Position numbers and translations under genes: made by a program
In this document: positions 1 to 8,319 of the stretch, piece after piece
Layout of the letters: the number at the start of each line of letters is the position of its first letter
Position numbering within the stretch: the stretch's first letter is position 1
Virus record (IMG/VR): IMGVR_UViG_3300006118_000031
Span: 1-28,883 of that record
Origin: a virus
Lineage: Duplodnaviria > Caudoviricetes
DNA length: 28,883 nt
Direction: 5' to 3' (one strand)
The notes under the pieces: generated by a model
Told to the model about the DNA's origin: nothing
Database searches by the model: none
The model's input: only the letters and a program-made list of their open reading frames with translations

Positions 1-1224
1 TGCCAAATCACGAATACGCAAACTATCAATATCAAACTCAAGTTCAATCTTTTGACCAACGCCACTACTCGAACGAGTCTTCATTAGCTGTAATTGATAT
101 TTGCCGTGTTCGCGCATACTACGACTTGTAAAGATACCAAACAAATTATCTGCGGTGTTAATTTTACTAATACCACCACTAATATGGCTATGATCAAACT
201 CTACTTCTTCAACAGATGCACGGTTTAACTGTGATGCTGTAACGAGTAGAATATCCATTTCTTTTGCAAAGTTACGGATTTCTTCACTTACATATTTGTC
301 TTTAACAAACAAATCACTAGGACTTACACGTGTGCTTACTGGCATGAGCAAATCAAGATAGTCAATCATTACAAAATCAACGCGACGACCGCTGCGTATT
401 TGTAGTTCTTTGATATATGAACGCACATCGTTAATATTGCTTTGTGCTGGCATATACTTAATTTGCAACTTACCACTTTTCTTACCAAGCATTTTAACTT
501 TGACTTCAATATCTTCCATGTTTTTGAAAATATCACGTGATGGTGTATTTGTAAGCATACCATCAATACGCATAGCCGTTAAGTCTTCACTAAGTTCTAG
601 CGTAATATAAACACCATTAAGACCAGCAAGTATCCAATTACATGCTATATTTTGCATGAATAATGATTTACCACTACCACTACCACCAGCAAAGATATTC
701 AATTCACCACGATTAAATCCGCCATATAGTTTCTGATCAAGTGTTTTCCAACCTGTGCTTGTTTGCCCATTATTATCTTTGATACGTGTAAGACGTGATA
801 TAGGGTCTTCAAAATAATCTGTGCCTAAATCTTTTGTTAAACTAATTTGCACCGCATCTTTGATAATCTTTTCAACAGGATCAAAATCACCTTTCTCCAA
901 CATATCAGCAGCTTTAAGAATAGCACGTTCAAGTTCTTTTTGCTTGGTAAACCCTTCAAACTCTTCTAAAAACCAACTAGTATGGTCATCTGTAATGCCT
1001 GGTATAGATTGAAAACTATTATTAGTTGCCGCATTAATTTGTTCATACAGCGGCATGATAGTATGTTTTTCACAGTGTTCTTTAATAAACTTTGCAGCAT
1101 TCTGTAAACTGCGGTCAAAGTTATTAGGGTTGAATATGTTTTGCACACGCACATAACTTTGTGGATCAGCAAGCATCATTTCAATAAAAAGTTTTTGAAC
1201 TTGTGCATCGTAATTCTTTGACAT
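1..1224 (-). CDS. Replicative DnaB/T4 gp41-like helicase (3' end runs off the window)
   Basis: Not in ORF track. Manual translation from ATG 1224: MSKNYDAQVQKLFIEMML..., Walker A FAGGSGSGKS, YITLELSE, Walker B VMIDYLDL, TASQLNR, MKTRSS. Frame is open to position 1. Confidence 0.93.
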   Translation of the reverse strand, partial: MSKNYDAQVQKLFIEMMLADPQSYVRVQNIFNPNNFDRSLQNAAKFIKEHCEKHTIMPLYEQINAATNNSFQSIPGITDDHTSWFLEEFEGFTKQKELERAILKAADMLEKGDFDPVEKIIKDAVQISLTKDLGTDYFEDPISRLTRIKDNNGQTSTGWKTLDQKLYGGFNRGELNIFAGGSGSGKSLFMQNIACNWILAGLNGVYITLELSEDLTAMRIDGMLTNTPSRDIFKNMEDIEVKVKMLGKKSGKLQIKYMPAQSNINDVRSYIKELQIRSGRRVDFVMIDYLDLLMPVSTRVSPSDLFVKDKYVSEEIRNFAKEMDILLVTASQLNRASVEEVEFDHSHISGGISKINTADNLFGIFTSRSMREHGKYQLQLMKTRSSSGVGQKIELEFDIDSLRIRDLA

Positions 1225-1230
1225 CTAGTA

Positions 1231-1260
1231 ATTATACCTCAAATCTTATCACAAAGTCAA
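1231..1260 (-). promoter_or_regulatory. sigma70-like promoter of helicase (probably leaderless)
   Basis: TTGACT-N18-TATAAT, then 6 nt to the ATG at 1224. Confidence 0.6.
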
Positions 1261-2255
1261 AACCATTTTTTTGACATTAACTGTATTTTAAGCGTATTGC
1301 TTTGAACGCCGTCTAATATACTACGCATGGTAAACAACTGACCATACTTAGCGACAGAATCTGCGGTGTCTTTTATGCCTGCGCCCCATTCTGGAAATGC
1401 TACACTCCAACCGTATTTTAGCGCAGCATTAACCATAGCCATGCCTGCTTTATCACGATCAGGCACAACAATAATATCACGGTCAAGTGTTTCAATAACC
1501 TGCGCTTGTTCATCATTTATTTCATTACTACAGATTGCAAGAGCATTAATTGCAACTGCATCTAGTAACCCCTCAACAACAATACAAAACTTTGCATCTG
1601 CACGTTGGCGGTCATATCCCCATATCATATTACTTGGATAGTTAGAGAAGTATTTTATCTTTTTCTTACCATCTTCAAATAATCTACCACTGTATCCCAT
1701 AGATTTATTTTTCCAAGTAAATGGAACTAGCACACGGTTACGCAGTGGCGCATCATCTGTCCAATAAAACTCATGTAACTTATCACCAAAGCCACGAGTA
1801 TCAAGATAGTTAATAGCGGCTTCCAAACTGTTGTAATCTTCTTCATTAATATATCCATCATTTAGCCAACTTGTAATAGGACGACCAGGACAAGTGTCAC
1901 GTGGTTCATACGTAGGCAGTTCTCGTGACTCAACTATAACTGGTTGTGTAGTTTCTTGACTTATAGCAAAAAGTGCAAGACGACCTATGACTTCTTCGCT
2001 CATACCAAGCCAGTTCATCCAACGGCGCATTTTATAATTCAAACGACGACCTGGTTGCCAACTGCATGTATAATGACAATTAAAGCAGTGATAATTTACA
2101 CCGCCTTCTGTTGTTGGATGAACGCCACCACGACCACGAGTATCAGCCCCATGTCCTAAATGAACACAACATGGTGCATTAAAACTAATCCATCCACTAG
2201 GAGTAGTTTTGCGCTTATATGGCAAATTGTTCAATATTTGGTCAGTAATTTCCAT
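1257..2255 (-). CDS. DNA primase (DnaG/T4 gp61-like)
   Basis: N-terminal Zn-binding residues (APCC...H...CFNC), TOPRIM motifs VVEGLLDA and VVPDRD, adjacent to helicase. Confidence 0.9.
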   Translation of the reverse strand: MEITDQILNNLPYKRKTTPSGWISFNAPCCVHLGHGADTRGRGGVHPTTEGGVNYHCFNCHYTCSWQPGRRLNYKMRRWMNWLGMSEEVIGRLALFAISQETTQPVIVESRELPTYEPRDTCPGRPITSWLNDGYINEEDYNSLEAAINYLDTRGFGDKLHEFYWTDDAPLRNRVLVPFTWKNKSMGYSGRLFEDGKKKIKYFSNYPSNMIWGYDRQRADAKFCIVVEGLLDAVAINALAICSNEINDEQAQVIETLDRDIIVVPDRDKAGMAMVNAALKYGWSVAFPEWGAGIKDTADSVAKYGQLFTMRSILDGVQSNTLKIQLMSKKWF

Positions 2256-2261
2256 TAAACT

Positions 2262-2290
2262 AATATAACAGATTTATAACAATCTGTCAA
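2262..2290 (-). promoter_or_regulatory. sigma70-like promoter of primase (probably leaderless), with internal inverted repeat
   Basis: TTGACA-N17-TATATT, 6 nt to ATG 2255; ACAGATT-N6-AATCTGT inverted repeat in the spacer. Confidence 0.7.
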
Positions 2291-3075
2291 GGACGATAAT
2301 AGATATAATTAAGCGCACCACTTGTTTGTGTTAATTTAAGTCGTATAGCACGATATTTGCCTTGAAAATTAAAGTAATTAGTTCCAGTAAAATTATTAAG
2401 CGTTACCGTATTAACTGTTGTATAACTATTGCTATCAACCGTGCTCTTTACATCTAAACTTGCTTGTAATTCTACATTTCCTGTAAAAGCATTACCTTGA
2501 TATTGTACAGTTTGATAAACTGCGCTACCGCGAACATAATTAGCAGTTAAAAAACTATTTGTATAACAAACATTCATATAGTTTGTATCACTATTGTTAC
2601 TATATACAAAACTATTTTGGTTATAACTTGGCGTAAATTGTGGATATACGGCATCTAATATTCTTGCTTGACCTTGTGCATTATAATTGTCATCGCTAAA
2701 AACAATTTCTTGATCGCCTTCGCCATTTGTAATTACGATGCTATAATTATAAAGACCGTTATTAATATTGTCTAATAAACTGCCCTCTATAAGACAAGTT
2801 GCTATACTATCACGAGTATAAATTAAATCTAATTTACGACTAAACACTAATTCTTTTGTAGTCGGATCAATTAAATTAAATAAAACTGTGCTTTGTAAAA
2901 GGCTCACTGGTTTTTGGTCGCTGTCTTTGATAACGAACTTGAATCGGTTATCTACACCTTTATAAATTTGAAGTGGCTTTGCGTAAAACAACTGATTCTC
3001 CCTGTCAAGCATAAGGTCACTGTTCTTAACAACATTTATTATTTGTGGATATAAATAACCGTAAATTTGTTGCAA
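2287..3075 (-). CDS. Probable virion structural protein (beta-rich, BppU/Ig-like N-terminus)
   Basis: IYKGVDNRFKFVIKDSDQKPV resembles baseplate/adaptor Ig-like domains; Asn/Thr/Tyr-rich C-half; TTG start; AATAAATA late-like box upstream. Confidence 0.5.
   Translation of the reverse strand: MQQIYGYLYPQIINVVKNSDLMLDRENQLFYAKPLQIYKGVDNRFKFVIKDSDQKPVSLLQSTVLFNLIDPTTKELVFSRKLDLIYTRDSIATCLIEGSLLDNINNGLYNYSIVITNGEGDQEIVFSDDNYNAQGQARILDAVYPQFTPSYNQNSFVYSNNSDTNYMNVCYTNSFLTANYVRGSAVYQTVQYQGNAFTGNVELQASLDVKSTVDSNSYTTVNTVTLNNFTGTNYFNFQGKYRAIRLKLTQTSGALNYIYYRP
3050..3057 (+). promoter_or_regulatory. T4-type late promoter box for the 3103 gene
   Basis: Exact TATAAATA, 45 nt upstream of ATG 3103, lying inside the opposite-strand gene (its YLY codons). 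Confidence 0.45.
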
Positions 3076-3094
3076 CTTAATGGACCTTTTTGAA

Positions 3095-3102
3095 TATTTA
3101 TT
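3095..3102 (-). promoter_or_regulatory. Late-like promoter box for 2287..3075
   Basis: AATAAATA on minus strand, 19 nt before the TTG start. Confidence 0.5.
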
Positions 3103-3477
3103 ATGAGTTTTTCCTTAGAGCAAATGCTAGAGCAATATCCGTTTCTTTCTTATATAAAATACCCAACCGCTGATTATATTGGCATCATACAAAACTTTGA
3201 TGGTGACATTATTTCCATGTATGCTTTTAATAAACTACGCACAGAAGAAGACAAGCGTGGTTTTTTAGAGGCAGCAGATATATGGTGGTGGGAAAGCAAT
3301 CGCCTTATACCAATTAATATTTTTTTAAAAAATAGTTGGGACAAGTATCGTTACAGCACGGTAACATTAACCACAAAAGATATTAGAGAACAGTGTGGGC
3401 ATGTAGTTAGTATTTCTAAACTTGCGGAGCGCAGAACAAAACGCCGTGTTGTTCAGTTAGTGAAGCGTCTCAGTTAA
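3103..3477 (+). CDS. Conserved-looking phage hypothetical protein
   Basis: 124-aa ORF (YPFLSYI, WWWESNRLIPINIFL, basic C-terminus) filling the gap between flanking genes. Confidence 0.7.
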   Translation: MSFSLEQMLEQYPFLSYIKYPTADYIGIIQNFDGDIISMYAFNKLRTEEDKRGFLEAADIWWWESNRLIPINIFLKNSWDKYRYSTVTLTTKDIREQCGHVVSISKLAERRTKRRVVQLVKRLS

Positions 3478-4087
3478 TCAATAATAATAATTCCTCAACA
3501 CTTATTATACTTTTAGAACCTTTACTTGAATTTTTATTTGCTTCTAAAATCTGTAAGTTTGCTGTATGATTTACTACATTTATTGGCAAATTAGCATTCC
3601 ACGCATCTAAAATACTTAATTTATGATCAACATGATATGTTTGCTGACCCAAATTATATCCTTGTTCCTTTGCCCATATCTGTGCTGCTTTTCTAACTTT
3701 TCTTGCATAATGACGATATTCTTTTGCAATTTCTGGTGTTATTAAACCAGATTTTTTTCTTCTAACATTCTTACTTTTTTCAATCGCATCTGGATTGTTT
3801 GCACATTTTTTCAAAAATATTTCTTTTGTTTTTTCTTTTCTTTTGTCTGCTCCAATCCAACTATGTTTTGTTCTAACAGATAATTGTTCTATGTATTTTT
3901 CACAATCTTGATATTTTTCTGTGCATGTATATTTTCCGCCTGTATTGCGAAAATTTGCCTTTCCTCCGCAAAAATGACAAGTGGCATTTTCTGGAATTGG
4001 CTCGTGAGTTTTTTTATGGTATGAAAACATAGCAGGATTATTTGCTACATAATCGCAAGTTGGACATTTTCTTGGATAAGTTATCAT
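3470..4087 (-). CDS. Free-standing HNH homing endonuclease with N-terminal zinc fingers
   Basis: CPTC...HKKTH and CHFC...C...C Zn motifs; C-terminal YHVDHK...NLQIL...KNSSK HNH motif; start moved to ATG 4087, 5 nt after a TAAATA box (track gives 4102). Confidence 0.8.
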   Translation of the reverse strand: MITYPRKCPTCDYVANNPAMFSYHKKTHEPIPENATCHFCGGKANFRNTGGKYTCTEKYQDCEKYIEQLSVRTKHSWIGADKRKEKTKEIFLKKCANNPDAIEKSKNVRRKKSGLITPEIAKEYRHYARKVRKAAQIWAKEQGYNLGQQTYHVDHKLSILDAWNANLPINVVNHTANLQILEANKNSSKGSKSIISVEELLLLIN

Positions 4088-4092
4088 ACTAT

Positions 4093-4100
4093 TATTTATC
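4093..4100 (-). promoter_or_regulatory. Late-like promoter of the HNH gene
   Basis: GATAAATA-N5-ATG. Confidence 0.5.
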
Positions 4101-4128
4101 ATAATAGTTAAAAAAGCACATGCTTATG

Positions 4129-4689
4129 TTAAATTTTGTTTTCACATAAAATATTCATGTGTATCATTACCAATAACGCATAACTGGTTGCATGACTGCG
4201 TTTAAAATAATAACCTTCACTTGGTTTTACCCAAATCTCATCTGCTATCTCACGCCATCGTTTTCCGATGAGATGTCGTTTTGATGGACGAATGATTGCC
4301 AGTAACATAGCCAGCATATCCATTGTAGTAGGAAGATGTTGTTGTACGACATCAAAATGATTTGATAGATGAATAAGTTTGGCAACAAAATCCCTTTCTT
4401 TTAATAATTCCCACTGAGGCTCACGGCTACAGAGTTCGTCAAGATGCTCGTTACTGCGAACTGAATTATAAACATGAACGTTCAGTAGGTCTAACTTCAT
4501 ATAACCAAGTTCTTCAGCTTCATTATAATCAATATTACTCAATCCTGTTATTGGATTGAATGGAATAGGATTGACATAGACTCCAGTGTTGTGCTTGACA
4601 ACAGCACCGTCACGGCGTATAGACGCAGGTATATGCTTGATTAGTTTCAAGATATCCTCACGGTTTCCAAAGTCTATGTCAATATCCAT
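4129..4689 (-). CDS. Minimal DNA polymerase III alpha (DnaE)-like protein, palm/fingers remnant
   Basis: MDIDIDF (cf. DnaE PDxDxDF), KHNTGVY (cf. HAGGVVI), GYMKLDLLN (cf. GLxKxDFLGL), YYFKRSHATSYA (cf. YGFNKSHSAAYA); only 186 aa. Confidence 0.85.
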   Translation of the reverse strand: MDIDIDFGNREDILKLIKHIPASIRRDGAVVKHNTGVYVNPIPFNPITGLSNIDYNEAEELGYMKLDLLNVHVYNSVRSNEHLDELCSREPQWELLKERDFVAKLIHLSNHFDVVQQHLPTTMDMLAMLLAIIRPSKRHLIGKRWREIADEIWVKPSEGYYFKRSHATSYALLVMIHMNILCENKI

Positions 4690-4862
4690 TACTTAATACC
4701 CCATCTTATTTTCAACCAAATGCGTTCATGAATATAATATAGTACAGTTAGAAAAACATGAATAAGAATTGCATCATTTATACCTGTTATAATTGCAGTT
4801 ATAATAATTGCCAATAAACGATATACAATACCACGCAATAAAGTTCTTAATTTTGTTTCCAT
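4689..4862 (-). CDS. Small membrane protein, DUF2061-like
   Basis: Below ORF-track cutoff. METKLRTLLRGIVYRLLAIIITAIITGINDAILIHVFLTVLYYIHERIWLKIRWGIK (57 aa); ETxxR...YYxHERIW..I.WG signature; TAATG coupling to the DnaE-like gene. Confidence 0.8.
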   Translation of the reverse strand: METKLRTLLRGIVYRLLAIIITAIITGINDAILIHVFLTVLYYIHERIWLKIRWGIK

Positions 4863-5117
4863 TTATGCCCATCTCATTAAGAATAGATTACGTTCTTCAT
4901 CATTTACGAACCCTAATATCATACCTTTTTGTGCCCAAGTTGTCAAGGATTGATCACACCATTTTTTAATTTCTGATTCGTTAGTAATGAAATATGATAC
5001 ATCACTAATTACAAGTATGCTTTTGTTAATAATTAAATCTATTCCGTTAATATATTGTGACATTCCACGAATATCTTTTAATTTAGGACTATTACCAACT
5101 ACAAACCTTTGTTTCAT
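4863..5117 (-). CDS. Hypothetical phage protein
   Basis: 84-aa ORF abutting/overlapping both neighbours; C-terminal F..DEERNLFLMRWA. Confidence 0.65.
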   Translation of the reverse strand: MKQRFVVGNSPKLKDIRGMSQYINGIDLIINKSILVISDVSYFITNESEIKKWCDQSLTTWAQKGMILGFVNDEERNLFLMRWA

Positions 5118-5818
5118 TAAAAACCTGCCTGCGCCAATATATGACGTGTCATTTCTGCATCAGCAGGATAGTCACGCAAATGCTTTTCCCAGAATGGTGG
5201 ATCAATAAATCCCATTATAAGACCTAGTTGAGTTTCAGTCATGGTGGATAGTTTTTCATTTCCGCTTTCACAGCAATAAATTGCCCAAGCACTAATGCGA
5301 CCATTTTGAATATGTTGTATAAGTCTATTTGCACTTACTTGCGTAAAATATTCATGCAACTGATATTGTGGAAACTCTTCACTCCATGATTGCATAGTTA
5401 ATATACTACGCTCAAGCGCATCGGTAGCACTTTCTTGTCGCAAAATATGAAACAAATACTCAGCATATATTGTATCACGGCACCAATTATCAATCTTGTA
5501 ATTCTTTTTCAAAACCCAATCTATAAATTGATCAACATTAATTGCACTTATATTAACACAGTGTTTTCCAAATTTAACAAATGCACCATATAGTGTGCTT
5601 TCACAAAAATTTTCATATGTTTTTAACTTTGCACTGCCTTGTGTAAGTTCATAAAATCTTAGCCAAGCATTAAAACCAATTACTACGCCTTTATCATTTT
5701 TTTGTAAATGGCGGCGTTTTGGCTGACACTGATGAACATTTAATGTGCTTTCACGGCTGAACCTTACGCCACAATATTTGCACACATGTTCTGTAGAATT
5801 TTTTTGCAACTCATTCAT
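5117..5818 (-). CDS. Zinc-finger-containing hypothetical protein
   Basis: N-terminal CKYC-x12-H-x-C finger (CKYCGVRFSRESTLNVHQC); located in the replication cluster. Confidence 0.7.
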   Translation of the reverse strand: MNELQKNSTEHVCKYCGVRFSRESTLNVHQCQPKRRHLQKNDKGVVIGFNAWLRFYELTQGSAKLKTYENFCESTLYGAFVKFGKHCVNISAINVDQFIDWVLKKNYKIDNWCRDTIYAEYLFHILRQESATDALERSILTMQSWSEEFPQYQLHEYFTQVSANRLIQHIQNGRISAWAIYCCESGNEKLSTMTETQLGLIMGFIDPPFWEKHLRDYPADAEMTRHILAQAGF

Positions 5819-5824
5819 ATTATA

Positions 5825-5833
5825 ATTATAACA
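5825..5833 (-). promoter_or_regulatory. Extended -10 promoter (probably leaderless)
   Basis: TG-T-TATAAT followed by 6 nt and ATG 5818. Confidence 0.5.
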
Positions 5834-6356
5834 GTTTTTGTGCTGCAGTGGTAATATAATATTTCCACGATGTCAAATCAAATCCACGAATTATCTCTTC
5901 GTGAAGTGGAAGTTCACTTGGATCATATGGCGGTGTAACTGTGTTAATTAGTTGATTATAATAATCAGGATAACTTCCGAACCAAATTTTAGGTATAGTA
6001 ATAAAACTCGTTACTTTGTGGATGAATATATGATGAGGATGTCCATACTCACCTTTCTCATTATGAGTAAGTATTATATCTACACCATCGCATACAGCAC
6101 GTATCCACTGTTCTGCATCACCACTATTAAATCCAAGTTCGTTTTTCTTTACACTTTCCCATTTATCAGGCAAACCAGCAAAAATGGTAGGAATATTACG
6201 TTGTTTCCAAAATTCTGCGATTTCTGCGCCACGAGGATCGGTTCGTTGATAGGTAAGATAGCAAATTGTCCAATCCCAATCACGATGTTCCATAATGAAT
6301 TGATAACCAAAAATTGCACAATCATCTGGATGCGCAACCATGCATATGGCTTTCAT
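5826..6356 (-). CDS. PIG-L/LmbE-family N-acetylhexosamine deacetylase
   Basis: VAHPDD and LTHN..GEYGHPHH metal-binding motifs. Confidence 0.8.
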   Translation of the reverse strand: MKAICMVAHPDDCAIFGYQFIMEHRDWDWTICYLTYQRTDPRGAEIAEFWKQRNIPTIFAGLPDKWESVKKNELGFNSGDAEQWIRAVCDGVDIILTHNEKGEYGHPHHIFIHKVTSFITIPKIWFGSYPDYYNQLINTVTPPYDPSELPLHEEIIRGFDLTSWKYYITTAAQKLL

Positions 6357-7195
6357 ATTATTCTTTCTTTCACAAAATCATCCCATGCTTTACGTTGGTC
6401 AACATCTAAAAGTTTATATGCACGAGGATGCACACTTGCAGTAAGAGCCGTATGATCTTTCTGTAAATTAAAAAACCAGTTATGAAATGTATCTACTTCA
6501 TAATCAGCAATATGATGCACACCAATTTTTTGTTTGCCACTATACAAATCATCAAACAAGGTATTTTTGCTTATCCAAGCACTATAACATAAAAATTCAG
6601 TAATACCATGTGTATTTGGAGTTACCTTGCTTGGAAATTGACAATTACTTTCAAACCATTCTACATAATTTGGTTCGCTTGCAACCATGTCACGCATAGA
6701 ATGCGTGTGCGCAACAAAAGGAACGCCAGCAGGACTAATCCAGTTAAAATTTGTAATATTATATTTTTGTTTTAAGAACTCTAGTCCACTTTGCCAGTGT
6801 GGACTAGTGCAAGGCCAACTAGCAAAATGCGCACGATTATATTGATCAAATACTTCTTCAATCTCAAATGGACGAACAAACCATGTTTTGGCATCAAGTA
6901 TCATGCACCACTTGCTTTCTGCATGTGCCGTGCCTAATATCTTACATACTTGTTGTGTATACCAACCTGTTAAATGTTCTTTAGGATAGTAACCAAATTC
7001 ATTACGGTGAAATATACGTAGTTTATCATGATGATAACCCCACCATAAAGTATCTATATCACTATGTGTAAGTGTATCATCGTTCAAGATAACATAAATG
7101 TTTTGTATTTCATCAAGAAAATAGTAAGCTATACTGTATGCTTGTGTTTTAAGCAACTCTAATTCATCACGATAAACAACAGTAAGCAAGTCCAT
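6353..7195 (-). CDS. Glycosyltransferase-like protein (GT-A / DUF6492-like)
   Basis: GWYTQQVCKI, CMILDAKTWFVRP (DxD-like), ITEFLCY; likely start MDLLTVVY at 7195, right after the upstream stop. Confidence 0.6.
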   Translation of the reverse strand: MDLLTVVYRDELELLKTQAYSIAYYFLDEIQNIYVILNDDTLTHSDIDTLWWGYHHDKLRIFHRNEFGYYPKEHLTGWYTQQVCKILGTAHAESKWCMILDAKTWFVRPFEIEEVFDQYNRAHFASWPCTSPHWQSGLEFLKQKYNITNFNWISPAGVPFVAHTHSMRDMVASEPNYVEWFESNCQFPSKVTPNTHGITEFLCYSAWISKNTLFDDLYSGKQKIGVHHIADYEVDTFHNWFFNLQKDHTALTASVHPRAYKLLDVDQRKAWDDFVKERII

Positions 7196-7196
7196 T

Positions 7197-7412
7197 TTAT
7201 TTTGTAATCTCGTGTAACGTTCGTGCTTGAATAAGTGCATCAATTACACTTGCATCTTTACTTTGGAATACTGGTTTCCATTCTTGCCACCATGTAACTA
7301 ATTCAATCATATCAGGTGTAAAGTTCAAATATAACGATTGACCACCATATGTTTCACTTACAAGTATTGATGCTACTCTATAATCATTTGTTGTTGCAGT
7401 TTTTATGGTCAT
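7197..7412 (-). CDS. Hypothetical protein
   Basis: 71 aa, ATGA overlap with the upstream gene; C-terminal helix weakly like the 7866/8059 pair. Confidence 0.6.
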   Translation of the reverse strand: MTIKTATTNDYRVASILVSETYGGQSLYLNFTPDMIELVTWWQEWKPVFQSKDASVIDALIQARTLHEITK

Positions 7413-7873
7413 TTTAGTGCCTCTTTGATTTCTTTATCGCTGTATCCAAGTTCAACTAACATACTTTTATATTGTTCATCTGTCATTTTATAAGAAAGAA
7501 GTTCCGCTTCATCGTTTTTAATATGCGGATATAATTCTAACATTTTCTGTGCTCGTTTGTTCTTAGCAATCTTGCTACTGTATGCCATCCATTCATGGCG
7601 ATGCTTGCCCATGTTAGGGGAGACAGTAGTCAATAGCAGCCATTGTAATTTAGGATGCTTATTGATATCAAAGAAACGCTTGTTTACACGTTCATTCATT
7701 GCTTGTAGATAATATTGCTGCAATTCTGGAATACCGTTGACTACACTGCCCCAACGCAACATAAGATATGTAGAGAACTTCTTACGTTCTTCATCGGTGA
7801 GTTCATCATAGAAAGCACAGTTCTTAGTATCCAACTGTGCCATTTCAAAGCCAATGTCAAGTTTGTTAACCAC
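7409..7873 (-). CDS. Probable clamp-loader small subunit (T4 gp62-like)
   Basis: FYDELTDEERKKFSTYLMLRW...MNE..N...HPKLQW...H.W pattern, C-terminal ELGYSDKEIK; size fits; replication context. Confidence 0.55.
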   Translation of the reverse strand: MVNKLDIGFEMAQLDTKNCAFYDELTDEERKKFSTYLMLRWGSVVNGIPELQQYYLQAMNERVNKRFFDINKHPKLQWLLLTTVSPNMGKHRHEWMAYSSKIAKNKRAQKMLELYPHIKNDEAELLSYKMTDEQYKSMLVELGYSDKEIKEALK

Positions 7874-8072
7874 CTATAAATTCCCGTTCTTCTTCTTTTT
7901 GCTTTTCTTGACTCATCTCATAAATTATATACATTTGATCAGCCAGGTCTTTTAGCGTAGGATTGGTTTCGGTAGCACGAAGAATTGCTAACCATCTAGA
8001 TTTACGAATGGTTACATCGCTATCGTAATCAAGAGTGCTGATACCACTACCTTGTGTTTTAACGTTTGCCAT
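7866..8072 (-). CDS. Hypothetical protein, paralog of 8059..8313
   Basis: WLAILRATETNPTLKDLADQ shared with neighbour. Confidence 0.7.
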   Translation of the reverse strand: MANVKTQGSGISTLDYDSDVTIRKSRWLAILRATETNPTLKDLADQMYIIYEMSQEKQKEEEREFIGG

Positions 8073-8229
8073 AGGTTATCGTTTCCAATATTTCATGGTT
8101 TATGTGGTCAATCATAGTTACAGTCATAATGTCAGACAACTGTTCTATTGGATCAGGTTGTGCTTCTTCACTCATGTTATACAACACGCGCAACTGATTT
8201 GCAGCATCTTTAAGCGTAGGATTGGTTTC
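7954..8229 (+). repeat. 17-bp direct repeat AGCGTAGGATTGGTTTC (7954-7970 and 8213-8229)
   Basis: Exact match encoding ETNPTL in both paralogs. Confidence 0.85.
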
Positions 8230-8313
8230 TGTTGCTTTAAGTATAGCCATCCATTCAAGATACTCATCAGTATAATAATGTTTTGGTGGTGGTATTGGTC
8301 CTAAAATGCTCAT
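8059..8313 (-). CDS. Hypothetical protein, paralog of 7866..8072
   Basis: WMAILKATETNPTLKDAANQ; consensus promoter directly upstream. Confidence 0.75.
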   Translation of the reverse strand: MSILGPIPPPKHYYTDEYLEWMAILKATETNPTLKDAANQLRVLYNMSEEAQPDPIEQLSDIMTVTMIDHINHEILETITYGKR

Positions 8314-8319
8314 GGTAAT

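Noticed and set aside
671-690. CCACTA/CCACCA microrepeat
   Set aside because: Simply encodes the Gly/Ser-rich Walker A of the helicase
369-1172. Short track ORFs 369..566, 410..610, 821..1012 and 966..1172
   Set aside because: Shadow or antisense frames of the helicase gene, which the track missed because it lacks a stop in the window
3470-4689. Group I intron or intein splitting a full-length dnaE around the HNH gene
   Set aside because: Only 26-41 nt of non-coding flank, no intron core or intein motifs, and no downstream dnaE exon (the next gene is convergent)
6781-6807. 9-bp inverted repeat CTAGTCCAC/GTGGACTAG
   Set aside because: Inside a coding region, no U-tract, single occurrence; compatible with chance
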